Of a stretch of DNA of 64,000 nucleotides, positions 36,033-45,562 are shown one piece after another. Source of the stretch: a virus; the IMG/VR virus record IMGVR_UViG_3300021373_003070; one strand, given 5' to 3'. The notes beneath the pieces were generated by a model. It did not search any database and had not been told where the DNA came from. It was given only the letters and a program-made list of their open reading frames with translations. Position 1 is the stretch's first letter. Each line of letters starts with the position of its first letter. The position numbers and the translations under genes were made by a program.

Positions 36033-38585
36033 ATGACTAAATTTTATACTAATATCGATCAGCACGGTTCGCAGATACTCGTACGTGGCTATAATGAAGA
36101 TGGCACACCTTTTCAACATAAAGAGAGATACGAACCTTATTTGTTTATGCGATCTCAGGTTGAGACCGGTTACACAGATATTTATGGTAATCATGTCAAA
36201 CGCATGGACTTTCCTAACATCGGCGAAGCCAAGCAGTTTCGCAAGAAATACGAAGACGTTGAAGGTGTAGACATCTACGGTCTTGAACGATATAAGTGTG
36301 TCTATATTTATGACAACTTTCGAAATCAAGTACCTGATACATCACGTATCAACATTGTCAACATAGATATCGAGGTTGCATCCGATGATGGTTTTCCAGA
36401 ACCTGAAGATGCCGACAAAGAAGTAACAGCCATTGGCTTACGAGATCGTACTAAAACAGTTGTGCTTGGTTGTGGTGAATTTAAACATGACGATCCTAAT
36501 ACCTACTACGTAAAGTGTAAGAACGAGATTGAGCTACTCGATAAGTTCTTGAACATATGGCAGCATATGAATCCTGACGTAGTCACAGGTTGGAACACAG
36601 AATTCTTTGATATTCCATATCTTGTCCATCGCATTGCAAAGTGTGGTGCACTTGGCGAAGAAGCACTTAAAAGATTTTCTCCATGGAATCTGCCACTACG
36701 TAAAGGTAGTGTGTTTCGGCCTGGCAGCGACAAAGCTTCAACGACATATCGCATCATCGGTGTAGCAAGTCTTGATTATCTGTCAATCTACAAAAAGTTT
36801 AGATTGCAACCGCGTGAATCATACAAGCTCGATTTCATTGCCGAGACAGAACTTGGTACCAAAAAGATTGACTATAGCGAGTATGGCAATCTACACGAGT
36901 TGTACAAAAACAACTATCAAAAGTTTATCGAATACAACATTCGAGATATTGATCTGATCTTTGATCTCGAAGAAAAGCTAGGTTTCATCGAACAAGTATT
37001 TACTGTCGCATATGATGCTGGCGTCAACTATGAAGACACGCTCGGTTCGGTAGGCATATGGGATGTGATTATTCACAACTATCTCATGGACCAAAACATT
37101 GCGGTGTCAGACAAAGTCAACGCCATATCAGATAGACAGATCGAAGGTGGTTACGTCAAAGAACCAATCGTTGGCATGCACAAGTGGGTGATGTCATTTG
37201 ACCTCAACTCGCTGTATCCTCACTTAATTCAACAATACAACATATCACCTGATACAGGTCTCAATAAGTTTGACGACCTCTTTCATATTACTTCGCGTGC
37301 ATCAGTCGACAATATCTTATCAGAAGAAATTGACTTTAGCGAATTAAAATCTTACAACGTAACCATGACACCGAATGGCAAGATCTATCGACGTGATCGT
37401 CAAGGCTTCTTACCTGCATTGATGAAGAAGATGTATGATGATCGTGTATTGTACAAGAAGAAGATGTTGGAATGCAAACAAGAAGCAATCAAGAATCCAA
37501 GCCGACAACTTGAGATTGACATCTCTCGCTATCACAACTTACAACACGCCAAAAAGATTCAGCTAAACTCAGCTTATGGTGCACTTGCCAACAAATACTT
37601 CAGATGGTTCGATAACGAGAATGCCGAGGCTATCACCATGGCTGGTCAGTTGTCTATTCGTTGGATCGAAAAGAAGATCAACATATGGTTGAATGACATA
37701 CTCAAAACCAAAGGTCGTGACTACGTCATAGCGATCGATACCGATTCAGTATATGTGTCATTCGATAAGATGATCGAACTTACCAATCCAAAGAATCCTG
37801 TTGAATTTCTTGACAAGGTGGCACAGCAACAAGTCGAACCATTCATCGATAAGTCTTATCGTGAGCTAGCCGATTATCTCAATGCATATGATCAGAAGAT
37901 GATTATGAAACGAGAAAACATCGCTGATAAGGCAATCTGGACTGCCAAGAAGCGATACATCATGAACGTATGGGACTCTGAAGGTGTACGATACGAAAAG
38001 CCAGATCTCAAGATGATGGGTATCGAGGCCATTCGATCAAGTACACCAGCGGTATGTCGTGATTACATTAAGAATACGTTGCAGCTTATCATGTCAACCA
38101 GTGAAGCTGATGTGCAAAAATATATTGCTCACATTCGCGAAGAGTTCCGCACATTACCATTCGAAAAAGTTGCATTCCCTCGATCATGTAACTTCGTAAA
38201 GTGGCAAACAAACTCACATACAGGTCAGCGATATCCATCTACATATGCTGATGATAAGACAATCTACAAGAAAGCAACACCTATTCAAGTCAAAGGTGCT
38301 CTACTATACAACTGGTACTTACATAAATATAACTTGACAAAGAAGTATGAACTCATAAAATCAGGCGAGAAAATTAAGTTTTGTTATCTACGAAAACCAA
38401 ACTCATTTCGAGATTCGGTTGTTTCGTGTCCTGATATTTTGCCATCGGAGTTTGGCTTGGAACAGTATATCGATTACGATACACAATTCGTAAAAGGTTA
38501 TCTCGATCCAATTGAAATCATACTACATGCAATCGGTTGGAAGTCTGAAAAGATTTCTACATTGGAGGACTTTTTCAGTGACTAA
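36033..38585 (+). CDS. gp43: Family B DNA polymerase gp43
   Basis: DIEV exo I, FDLNSLYP, KIQLNSAYG, DTDS; ends TLEDFFSD. Confidence 0.98.
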   Translation: MTKFYTNIDQHGSQILVRGYNEDGTPFQHKERYEPYLFMRSQVETGYTDIYGNHVKRMDFPNIGEAKQFRKKYEDVEGVDIYGLERYKCVYIYDNFRNQVPDTSRINIVNIDIEVASDDGFPEPEDADKEVTAIGLRDRTKTVVLGCGEFKHDDPNTYYVKCKNEIELLDKFLNIWQHMNPDVVTGWNTEFFDIPYLVHRIAKCGALGEEALKRFSPWNLPLRKGSVFRPGSDKASTTYRIIGVASLDYLSIYKKFRLQPRESYKLDFIAETELGTKKIDYSEYGNLHELYKNNYQKFIEYNIRDIDLIFDLEEKLGFIEQVFTVAYDAGVNYEDTLGSVGIWDVIIHNYLMDQNIAVSDKVNAISDRQIEGGYVKEPIVGMHKWVMSFDLNSLYPHLIQQYNISPDTGLNKFDDLFHITSRASVDNILSEEIDFSELKSYNVTMTPNGKIYRRDRQGFLPALMKKMYDDRVLYKKKMLECKQEAIKNPSRQLEIDISRYHNLQHAKKIQLNSAYGALANKYFRWFDNENAEAITMAGQLSIRWIEKKINIWLNDILKTKGRDYVIAIDTDSVYVSFDKMIELTNPKNPVEFLDKVAQQQVEPFIDKSYRELADYLNAYDQKMIMKRENIADKAIWTAKKRYIMNVWDSEGVRYEKPDLKMMGIEAIRSSTPAVCRDYIKNTLQLIMSTSEADVQKYIAHIREEFRTLPFEKVAFPRSCNFVKWQTNSHTGQRYPSTYADDKTIYKKATPIQVKGALLYNWYLHKYNLTKKYELIKSGEKIKFCYLRKPNSFRDSVVSCPDILPSEFGLEQYIDYDTQFVKGYLDPIEIILHAIGWKSEKISTLEDFFSD

Positions 38586-38883
38586 ATCAGCAGTAGACTT
38601 ACAAGACTTTGACTTTGGTTTTTCGCTTGTAGATGCAGACGAGTTAGACGTCGTACAGCAACTCAAAACAGAGACCACTAATATCTCTTCAACGGCAGAA
38701 GAGTGGGAAGCAAACGCCGAGCAATGGCGATTGAAAGCAAATACCATATACAGTGCAATTATACCTTTGCTTGAAAACCTATCGCAATCACCTGAGAAGG
38801 AATATATTTTATGGCCGGGTGAAGATCGCGTAAACAAAATCAATGCATTCAAACTAAAGTTAATGCAAATACTGGAGGACTAA
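38578..38883 (+). CDS. Hypothetical protein downstream of gp43
   Basis: GGAGG RBS, FDFGFS.VD, PLLENL...PEKEYI.WP. Confidence 0.7.
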   Translation: MTKSAVDLQDFDFGFSLVDADELDVVQQLKTETTNISSTAEEWEANAEQWRLKANTIYSAIIPLLENLSQSPEKEYILWPGEDRVNKINAFKLKLMQILED

Positions 38884-39726
38884 ATGAACATCAATCATCT
38901 CGTCTTAGTGATGGGATTGTTGTTGACGGCAGTTGGTGGGTATTTTTCGGTTATTGGTCTCGCAACAATTTTTGCTGGAGCATTTTGGTCGGTAGTAGTC
39001 ATGGCGACTACGCTCGAATTATCTAAAGTAGTAGCAGCTTCTTGGATTTACAGAAGCTGGAGTATAGCACCGTTTCTTATACGTCTGTATATGATTATTG
39101 CAGTAGTCGTACTGGTGTTCATCACATCGATGGGTATCTTTGGTTACTTATCAAAGGCGCATGTCGAGCAGACAATCAATCAAGGTGGAAATAATGAACT
39201 TCAAATCGACAGCTTGGAAAGAAAGATTGCAAGGCAGCAATCAATCATTGTGGATTCAGAGACGGTACTCTCGCAATTGGATCAACAAGTCTCTGTACTC
39301 ATTCAGTATGACAGAATTCGTGGCCCTTCAGGTTCGATTGCGGTACGCGAAAGTCAATCAGAAGAAAGGAAAGCACTCAACCAGAAGATCGATGCTGCGT
39401 ACGTTCGAATTGAAGAACTCCAAACGGACCTCGCACCGCTACAAAAACAGTCACTTGCGCTTGAAGCGGAAATTGGCCCGCTTAAATATATTGCGGAGTT
39501 AATTTACGGAGACGAAGCCCAGTCTTATTTCGATACTGCTGTTCGTTGGATTATTATATTACTCGTCTCTGTATTTGATCCTCTCGCAGTAACAATGATT
39601 ATTGCAGGTAACGTTGGACTATCACGAAAAACAATGGTGATACCAATGACAGAAGAAGAAATCATGAAAGACGTTAATATAGATATAAAAAGAAGATCGA
39701 GAGAGGGCCATGGCCTAAGCGGGTAG
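38884..39726 (+). CDS. Multi-TM coiled-coil membrane protein
   Basis: FSV.GLA, LE.SK, TSMGIFGYLSKAH, EIGPLKY, VFDPLA. Confidence 0.8.
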   Translation: MNINHLVLVMGLLLTAVGGYFSVIGLATIFAGAFWSVVVMATTLELSKVVAASWIYRSWSIAPFLIRLYMIIAVVVLVFITSMGIFGYLSKAHVEQTINQGGNNELQIDSLERKIARQQSIIVDSETVLSQLDQQVSVLIQYDRIRGPSGSIAVRESQSEERKALNQKIDAAYVRIEELQTDLAPLQKQSLALEAEIGPLKYIAELIYGDEAQSYFDTAVRWIIILLVSVFDPLAVTMIIAGNVGLSRKTMVIPMTEEEIMKDVNIDIKRRSREGHGLSG

Positions 39727-39728
39727 AT

Positions 39729-40685
39729 GTGAAGAAATGTTTAGTATTATTAGCTGGCATACCAGAATGGGATTTGATAAAACCCGGTGAAGATGGTTGG
39801 CCAGATTCGATCGTTGAGTCTATTAGATTTAAGCATGTACATCATCGATGGAGAAAGTGGTTAATAGAAAAAAATCCAGACGTTCAGTTTGATCTTAGAC
39901 TGTCGTGGGATACTACATTCGTTTCTCCATCCGGTGAGTACCTTAAAAAACATATGGGACTCAAGAAAAGATATATCGATCACGACGAAACCATTAAATG
40001 GATATGTGAAAACTGCATGGGCCGCAATGGCTACAATGATATCGTCGTCAATGACCTGCCTATCGTAGGCAATGGCAAATGGGAACTACCAACAGAATTG
40101 TCCGATCAAAAAATCTATAGTCCTAATATCATGCCCTTTGTTCGTATGTTTCGAGTATTTCAGCAGACAAAGAACATGGGCTATGATTACTTCGTATATG
40201 CCAGACCTGATTCATTTATCAAAAGTTCTTTATATCTTGACAAATTTGAGAATACTGCGAGTATCTTTACGCCATCAGAAAATTGGGGCGGACTGTTCTT
40301 CAATAATAAAGACTTCGACTATATGTGGGGAGGCACTTACGAGGCTGTACAGCGTCTCTTACGTTTGTTTGTTAGCGCTCCACACATACAACTACAACCT
40401 CATCATACACACAAATTATCTGAAAAACGAAAGCTTGAAATATGTTCTAAGTATGATCTATTCGGCATTCAGTTTCGGAAAGAAGATAATGTCACTCGAG
40501 ATACCGATCAGAGATTATTAGATTATCTCGTTGAGATAGAAAATTATTGGTATGCATGCATTGATATATTTGAGAATGAAGGATACAATTTTAGTACGAC
40601 ACATAATCATGGCATATTGTGTATACTAAAGCAAGCTATGTTACAACCGCATCCAAAATATGATAGAGGCGAACGACCTTGGTAA
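39729..40685 (+). CDS. Putative GT-A-like protein, paralog family member 2
   Basis: KKCLVLLAG ... YDYFVYARPD. Confidence 0.5.
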   Translation: MKKCLVLLAGIPEWDLIKPGEDGWPDSIVESIRFKHVHHRWRKWLIEKNPDVQFDLRLSWDTTFVSPSGEYLKKHMGLKKRYIDHDETIKWICENCMGRNGYNDIVVNDLPIVGNGKWELPTELSDQKIYSPNIMPFVRMFRVFQQTKNMGYDYFVYARPDSFIKSSLYLDKFENTASIFTPSENWGGLFFNNKDFDYMWGGTYEAVQRLLRLFVSAPHIQLQPHHTHKLSEKRKLEICSKYDLFGIQFRKEDNVTRDTDQRLLDYLVEIENYWYACIDIFENEGYNFSTTHNHGILCILKQAMLQPHPKYDRGERPW

Positions 40686-41140
40686 TTATTGCACATCGTG
40701 GAAATACAGCAGGATCAGATAAAGATATCGAGAATAATCCAGAACAAATTGACCGTGTCTATCATCAATATGGTTTTCATAGTGAAATCGATTTGTGGCG
40801 AATCAATGAGCAACTCTATCTTGGACATGACACGCCTGATTATAAGATAGATTCTGCGTGGTTGAAGATGCGTAGCAATATATTGTGGATTCATTGTAAA
40901 AACATTGAAGCATTTGCCATGTTTCAGAATCATCCATATCGCGAGAAGTTCAATTACTTTTGGCATGAGGAAGACGCATATACAATGACGTCACATGGAT
41001 GGATATGGGCATACCCGGGCAAGAAAGTACCAGACACGTGTAAAGCCATTGCTGTTATGCCTGAAATTACTGGTATGCTGCATAAAGATTTGTGTAACTT
41101 TCATGGTGTGTGCACAGATTATGGAGTCAACTACCTGTGA
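40679..41140 (+). CDS. GDPD/PLC-like phosphodiesterase
   Basis: IAHRGN, EN, EIDLW, LGHD, WIHCKN, GVCTDY. Confidence 0.8.
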   Translation: MVIIAHRGNTAGSDKDIENNPEQIDRVYHQYGFHSEIDLWRINEQLYLGHDTPDYKIDSAWLKMRSNILWIHCKNIEAFAMFQNHPYREKFNYFWHEEDAYTMTSHGWIWAYPGKKVPDTCKAIAVMPEITGMLHKDLCNFHGVCTDYGVNYL

Positions 41141-42477
41141 TAAAACTTATATTATTTGATTTAGATGGTGTACTCATCGATGCAAAAGATATTCATTATC
41201 GAGCCTTGAATAGTGCACTCGGCAAACATTTTAATATCTCTCATGACGAACACTTAAACATATATGATGGTCATAAGACTCGTAAAAAATTACAGATGCT
41301 GACTGAGGCGAAAGGTCTACCACTCGAATTGCATGATGAAATATACAATCGAAAGCAAGCTATTACACAGGTAGAAATAGGTAATCTAAAACCTAGCAAT
41401 AAGATAGTCAAACTCTTTCGTCGATTGACAGATGATGGATATAAGATCGGTGTGTGCTCGAATAGTATTCGACAAACGGTGTTGACTGCTCTCGCAAAAT
41501 CACAGCTAATAGAATTCTGTTCTGTTATCATATCCAACGAAGACGTAAAGAATAGTAAGCCTCATCCAGAAATGTATTGGAAGGCAATGTCAATCATGAG
41601 TGTGCTACCTGAAGAGACAATCATTATTGAAGATTCACCGCCAGGTCTATTGGCAGCTGAACGTTCACGCGCACAATATATAAGAGTAACATCTCCTCGT
41701 GATGTGACGATAGATAATATACTGCCGCAAATAAACGGTGATCCAATTGTACATAAATGGAAGAATGATAAGATGAATGTATTGATTCCCATGGCCGGCG
41801 CTGGTTCGAGATTCGCCGAAGCTGGTTATACTTTTCCTAAGCCTCTTATTCAGGTCAATGACAGGCCGATGATCGAACTTGTTGTCAATAATATTGGCAT
41901 CGAAGCTAACTATATTTTCGTTGTTCAAAAAGAACATCGCATCAAATTCAATCTCGACACAATGCTATCATTGATTGCACCTCGCTGTCAGATTGTCGAA
42001 GTAGATGGCATTACCGAAGGCGCAGCATGTACTGCACTTTTAGCAAAAGAATTTATTGACAACGATGAACCATTATTCTTTGCCAATAGTGATCAATATG
42101 TTGAATGGAATCCTGTTGAATTCATGTATGAAATGCAAGAAAGACAGGCAGATGGTGGCATTGTAACATTTAAAGCAACACATCCAAAGTGGTCATTCGC
42201 TGAAGTTGTAGACGGATATGTGACACGTGTTGCTGAGAAGGATCCAATTAGTGATGAGGCTACGGTAGGATTCTACTATTGGAAATATGGATCTGACTTT
42301 GTAAAATATGCAGAGCAGATGATTGAGAAAGATGTACGTGTCAATAATGAATTCTATGTGTGTCCAGTCTTTAATGAGGCCATCGGCGATGATAAGAAGA
42401 TAAGAACATACCGAGCTGAGAAGATGTGGGGTCTTGGTACTCCTGAAGATTTGGAATATTATTTGGAGAAGAATTGA
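41137..42477 (+). CDS. HAD phosphatase fused to a sugar-phosphate nucleotidyltransferase
   Basis: FDLDGVL, KPHP, IEDS; then IPMAGAGSRF, PKPLI, EK, EFYV.P, LGTPEDL. Confidence 0.88.
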   Translation: MIKLILFDLDGVLIDAKDIHYRALNSALGKHFNISHDEHLNIYDGHKTRKKLQMLTEAKGLPLELHDEIYNRKQAITQVEIGNLKPSNKIVKLFRRLTDDGYKIGVCSNSIRQTVLTALAKSQLIEFCSVIISNEDVKNSKPHPEMYWKAMSIMSVLPEETIIIEDSPPGLLAAERSRAQYIRVTSPRDVTIDNILPQINGDPIVHKWKNDKMNVLIPMAGAGSRFAEAGYTFPKPLIQVNDRPMIELVVNNIGIEANYIFVVQKEHRIKFNLDTMLSLIAPRCQIVEVDGITEGAACTALLAKEFIDNDEPLFFANSDQYVEWNPVEFMYEMQERQADGGIVTFKATHPKWSFAEVVDGYVTRVAEKDPISDEATVGFYYWKYGSDFVKYAEQMIEKDVRVNNEFYVCPVFNEAIGDDKKIRTYRAEKMWGLGTPEDLEYYLEKN

Positions 42478-43430
42478 TGCCAAAGAAAGTAGCAGTATTT
42501 TTCTCCGGTCTATTACGTGGACCATTTGAAAAGTATGCTGAACAAATAACACAATGTTTCGATCCTGAATACACTGACTTTTTCTATACAACATGGAAAC
42601 GAAAGTATGGTCAGAGTGAGTGGGATAATAAAACTGATGGATGGAAAACACGTCTTAAACATCCACCTCGTAGTGCACTCATCAATCATTATTTCGATGA
42701 ACCAGAGCAAAACTTTCAATACGATCTCTTATCTGTTCGTGAATATATTCGAGCATATAGGAAAATGGAAGAAGAATATAACTGGGACATCAGCAAACTA
42801 CCTCGCATTATTACTAACTCCGGTAAGAAAACTGTTGAGCAAGTAAAAGACGATCTCATCAACCCAGCACGTAATTTTAGGATGATGAGACATCAACACA
42901 AACAAACACTTGCACATGCATGGGCTGTCGATCATTTGATTGATCGCAGAAAATACGATTTGATTGTAAGAGTACGATACGATACTGTTGCAATGCGTGG
43001 ACTCAGAGACAACATGTCCACACTCCTAGATCTTTGTTATGATACTAAGATGCCTATAGGATTCAACTACCTTAATTACTGGGGTATGACGAATATGTAT
43101 CCGGGCAGATTCGAGTTAAAGTATCATCCGACCGAAGATCTACATGACTTTATGATTATTCATAGAGCAGATCAGATTGACGTTAACTATATCAACTACT
43201 TATACCAAGAGAAGAAAATGTGTATCGCTGAAACAGGATGGTATCAAGCACTGTGTTTGCCATACGACTGTTTTAGTTGGGAGACACTCGGTCTTGTCAA
43301 GCTCCATGCTCAGCATGTAGATGAACAGAAATGGTTTGATTGGTACAGAAAACAACCGTCTGAATCATATAAGAATTCGTATCAAGAAAAAATGAAAGCT
43401 GTGGTAGGAAACGTAGGAGCAAACTTATGA
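42474..43430 (+). CDS. Putative GT-A-like protein, paralog family member 3
   Basis: KVAVFFSGLLR ... YDLIVRVRYD ... DFMIIHR. Confidence 0.6.
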   Translation: MMPKKVAVFFSGLLRGPFEKYAEQITQCFDPEYTDFFYTTWKRKYGQSEWDNKTDGWKTRLKHPPRSALINHYFDEPEQNFQYDLLSVREYIRAYRKMEEEYNWDISKLPRIITNSGKKTVEQVKDDLINPARNFRMMRHQHKQTLAHAWAVDHLIDRRKYDLIVRVRYDTVAMRGLRDNMSTLLDLCYDTKMPIGFNYLNYWGMTNMYPGRFELKYHPTEDLHDFMIIHRADQIDVNYINYLYQEKKMCIAETGWYQALCLPYDCFSWETLGLVKLHAQHVDEQKWFDWYRKQPSESYKNSYQEKMKAVVGNVGANL

Positions 43431-43747
43431 AGTTTACTGTGGTAACAAATCAAAAGTGGTTGTTCTGGGCAGGTGGCATGGTCATCTATCCTTTCGTTAT
43501 TATAAAAGGTCGTGTTCTCAGTAAACGTCTCTTTCGACATGAACTAGAACATTGCTATCAAATTGAACGCATGGGTGTCTGGAAATTTTATCTGAGTTAC
43601 ATTGGAAAATATCTGCTAAAAGGATATTGGCATCACCCGTACGAGAGAGAAGCACGTCAAGTAGAATACGATGCCCTTACATCTCGAGAAGAAGAATGGT
43701 ATAAGACAGGCAAGATCGATCTGTCTAAGAAGTGGCTCGAAGACTAG
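43427..43747 (+). CDS. Small HExxH protein
   Basis: RHELEH..Q ... PYEREA. Confidence 0.7.
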   Translation: MKFTVVTNQKWLFWAGGMVIYPFVIIKGRVLSKRLFRHELEHCYQIERMGVWKFYLSYIGKYLLKGYWHHPYEREARQVEYDALTSREEEWYKTGKIDLSKKWLED

Positions 43748-43776
43748 TGTACAAAATCATCATTATGCTGTAGAAT
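43748..43776 (+). promoter_or_regulatory. Promoter TGTACA-N17-TAGAAT
   Basis: Motif match. Confidence 0.65.
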
Positions 43777-43782
43777 ATGCAG

Positions 43783-44436
43783 ATGATTGGTAAAAATAAA
43801 TATGGTTCGTATTCGGTACCTGAGAGTTCTTCTTGGCGTGTTTGCGCGCAGCAAATACTTGCCGGTAAAGTATACGAGCCTGATACAATCTCTTATATGA
43901 TCGAAAATTGTGGTGATGGTAGTATCATACATGCCGGCACATATTTTGGTGACTTCTTACCTGCCCTTTCACGGCACTGTCAAAACACAGTCTATGCATT
44001 CGAACCTAACACAGAAAATTATGAGCATGCTAGAGCGACATGTGACATGAATGATTGTTGGAATGTGGACCTTCATCACTATGCGTTAGGCAATGATGAA
44101 ACGATGGTCAACTTAGAAGTCACATCTCATGGTAGATCTGCCGGCGGCATTAGTAAAGTCGTATCATTTGCTTCAGACAAAACTGAAAGAGTCAAACAGG
44201 TTAGACTCGATGATGTTATACCAGACGAACCTATCAGTATTCTGCAACTCGATGTCGAAGGACACGAAGCATTGGCCATCGAAGGTGCTTTACGTATCAT
44301 CGAAGAAAATAATCCTATTATTATTGTTGAAGGCAAAAATGCATTCGACATACTACAACAACTTGAGTACAAATTAATCAAACACATACATCTAAATACT
44401 GTATGGAAACGAACATTAAATAATGGAGAGACTTAA
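43783..44436 (+). CDS. FkbM-family methyltransferase
   Basis: HAGTYFG, AFEP, ALG, LDVEGHE, PIIIVE. Confidence 0.85.
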   Translation: MIGKNKYGSYSVPESSSWRVCAQQILAGKVYEPDTISYMIENCGDGSIIHAGTYFGDFLPALSRHCQNTVYAFEPNTENYEHARATCDMNDCWNVDLHHYALGNDETMVNLEVTSHGRSAGGISKVVSFASDKTERVKQVRLDDVIPDEPISILQLDVEGHEALAIEGALRIIEENNPIIIVEGKNAFDILQQLEYKLIKHIHLNTVWKRTLNNGET

Positions 44437-45491
44437 TGTCTGTATTGGCAAAACTAAAGAAAAATTCAACAATCAAGGATACAGCTATCCTCACTGAATC
44501 AAAGTTCTTTACACAAAAAGACATGATTCCAACATCTATTCCTGTCATCAACGTTGCATTAAGTGGACGACTTGATGGCGGTCTTACACCCGGCTTAACA
44601 ATGTGGGCCGGCCCTTCTAAACACTTTAAAACGGCATTTAGTCTACTCATGGCTAAAGCATACATGGACAAATATAATGATGCAGCGCTTTTATTCTATG
44701 ATTCGGAGTTTGGTACTCCTCAATCCTATTTTGATTCCTTCGGTATTGACTCTGATCGTGTTCTACATACTCCTATTACTGATGTCGAACAACTAAAATT
44801 CGATATTATGAAGCAGCTTGATCAAGTTGATCGTGGCGATAAAGTGATTATTATTGTTGATTCCATCGGTAACTTGGCTTCGAAGAAAGAAGTTGAGGAT
44901 GCATTGAACGAGAAAGCTGTGGCTGATATGTCACGCGCTAAACAGATCAAGTCATTGTTCCGTATGGTCACACCACATCTTACACTCAAAGACATTCCTA
45001 TGGTTGTAGTCAATCACACATACAAAGAGATGAGTCTCTTTCCGAAAGACATTGTTGGTGGTGGTACAGGTTCTTACTACTCAGCTGACAATATCTACAT
45101 CATCGGTCGTCAGCAAGAAAAGCAAGGCAAGGATGTGGTTGGTTACAACTTTATTATTAACGTGGAGAAATCACGACATGTTCGAGAGAAATCTAAGATA
45201 CCTGTTACTGTTACTCACAACGGTGGTCTTTCTAGGTGGAGTGGACTCCTTGAGATGGCCCTCCAAGGTGGATTCGTCGTCAAACCAAGTAATGGCTGGT
45301 ACGCGAGGGTAAATGCAGAAACAGGTGAAGTCGAAGACAAAAAGTTCAGACTCAATGATACTGACTCATCAGATTTTTGGATGCCTATTCTTACTCAATC
45401 AAACTTCTCAGAGTACGTAAAGAATACATATTCAGTAGCACACGATTCGATTATTAAAGATGACGAAGTAGAGGATTTCCTAAGTGCTTGA
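44436..45491 (+). CDS. uvsX: UvsX RecA-like recombinase
   Basis: GPSKHFKT, YDSEFG, DSIGNLASKKE, GGTG. Confidence 0.97.
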   Translation: MSVLAKLKKNSTIKDTAILTESKFFTQKDMIPTSIPVINVALSGRLDGGLTPGLTMWAGPSKHFKTAFSLLMAKAYMDKYNDAALLFYDSEFGTPQSYFDSFGIDSDRVLHTPITDVEQLKFDIMKQLDQVDRGDKVIIIVDSIGNLASKKEVEDALNEKAVADMSRAKQIKSLFRMVTPHLTLKDIPMVVVNHTYKEMSLFPKDIVGGGTGSYYSADNIYIIGRQQEKQGKDVVGYNFIINVEKSRHVREKSKIPVTVTHNGGLSRWSGLLEMALQGGFVVKPSNGWYARVNAETGEVEDKKFRLNDTDSSDFWMPILTQSNFSEYVKNTYSVAHDSIIKDDEVEDFLSA

Positions 45492-45562
45492 TGAATCTAC
45501 AATAGCATTGCTTGTACTTTTTCTGCCAATCAGTGTAATATGGTGGTTGATCAAAGGCGGAG

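Noticed and set aside
35547-36329. 260-aa minus-strand ORF as given in the track
   Set aside because: The first ~112 codons are antisense to gp43; the lysozyme starts at 35993 with its own RBS
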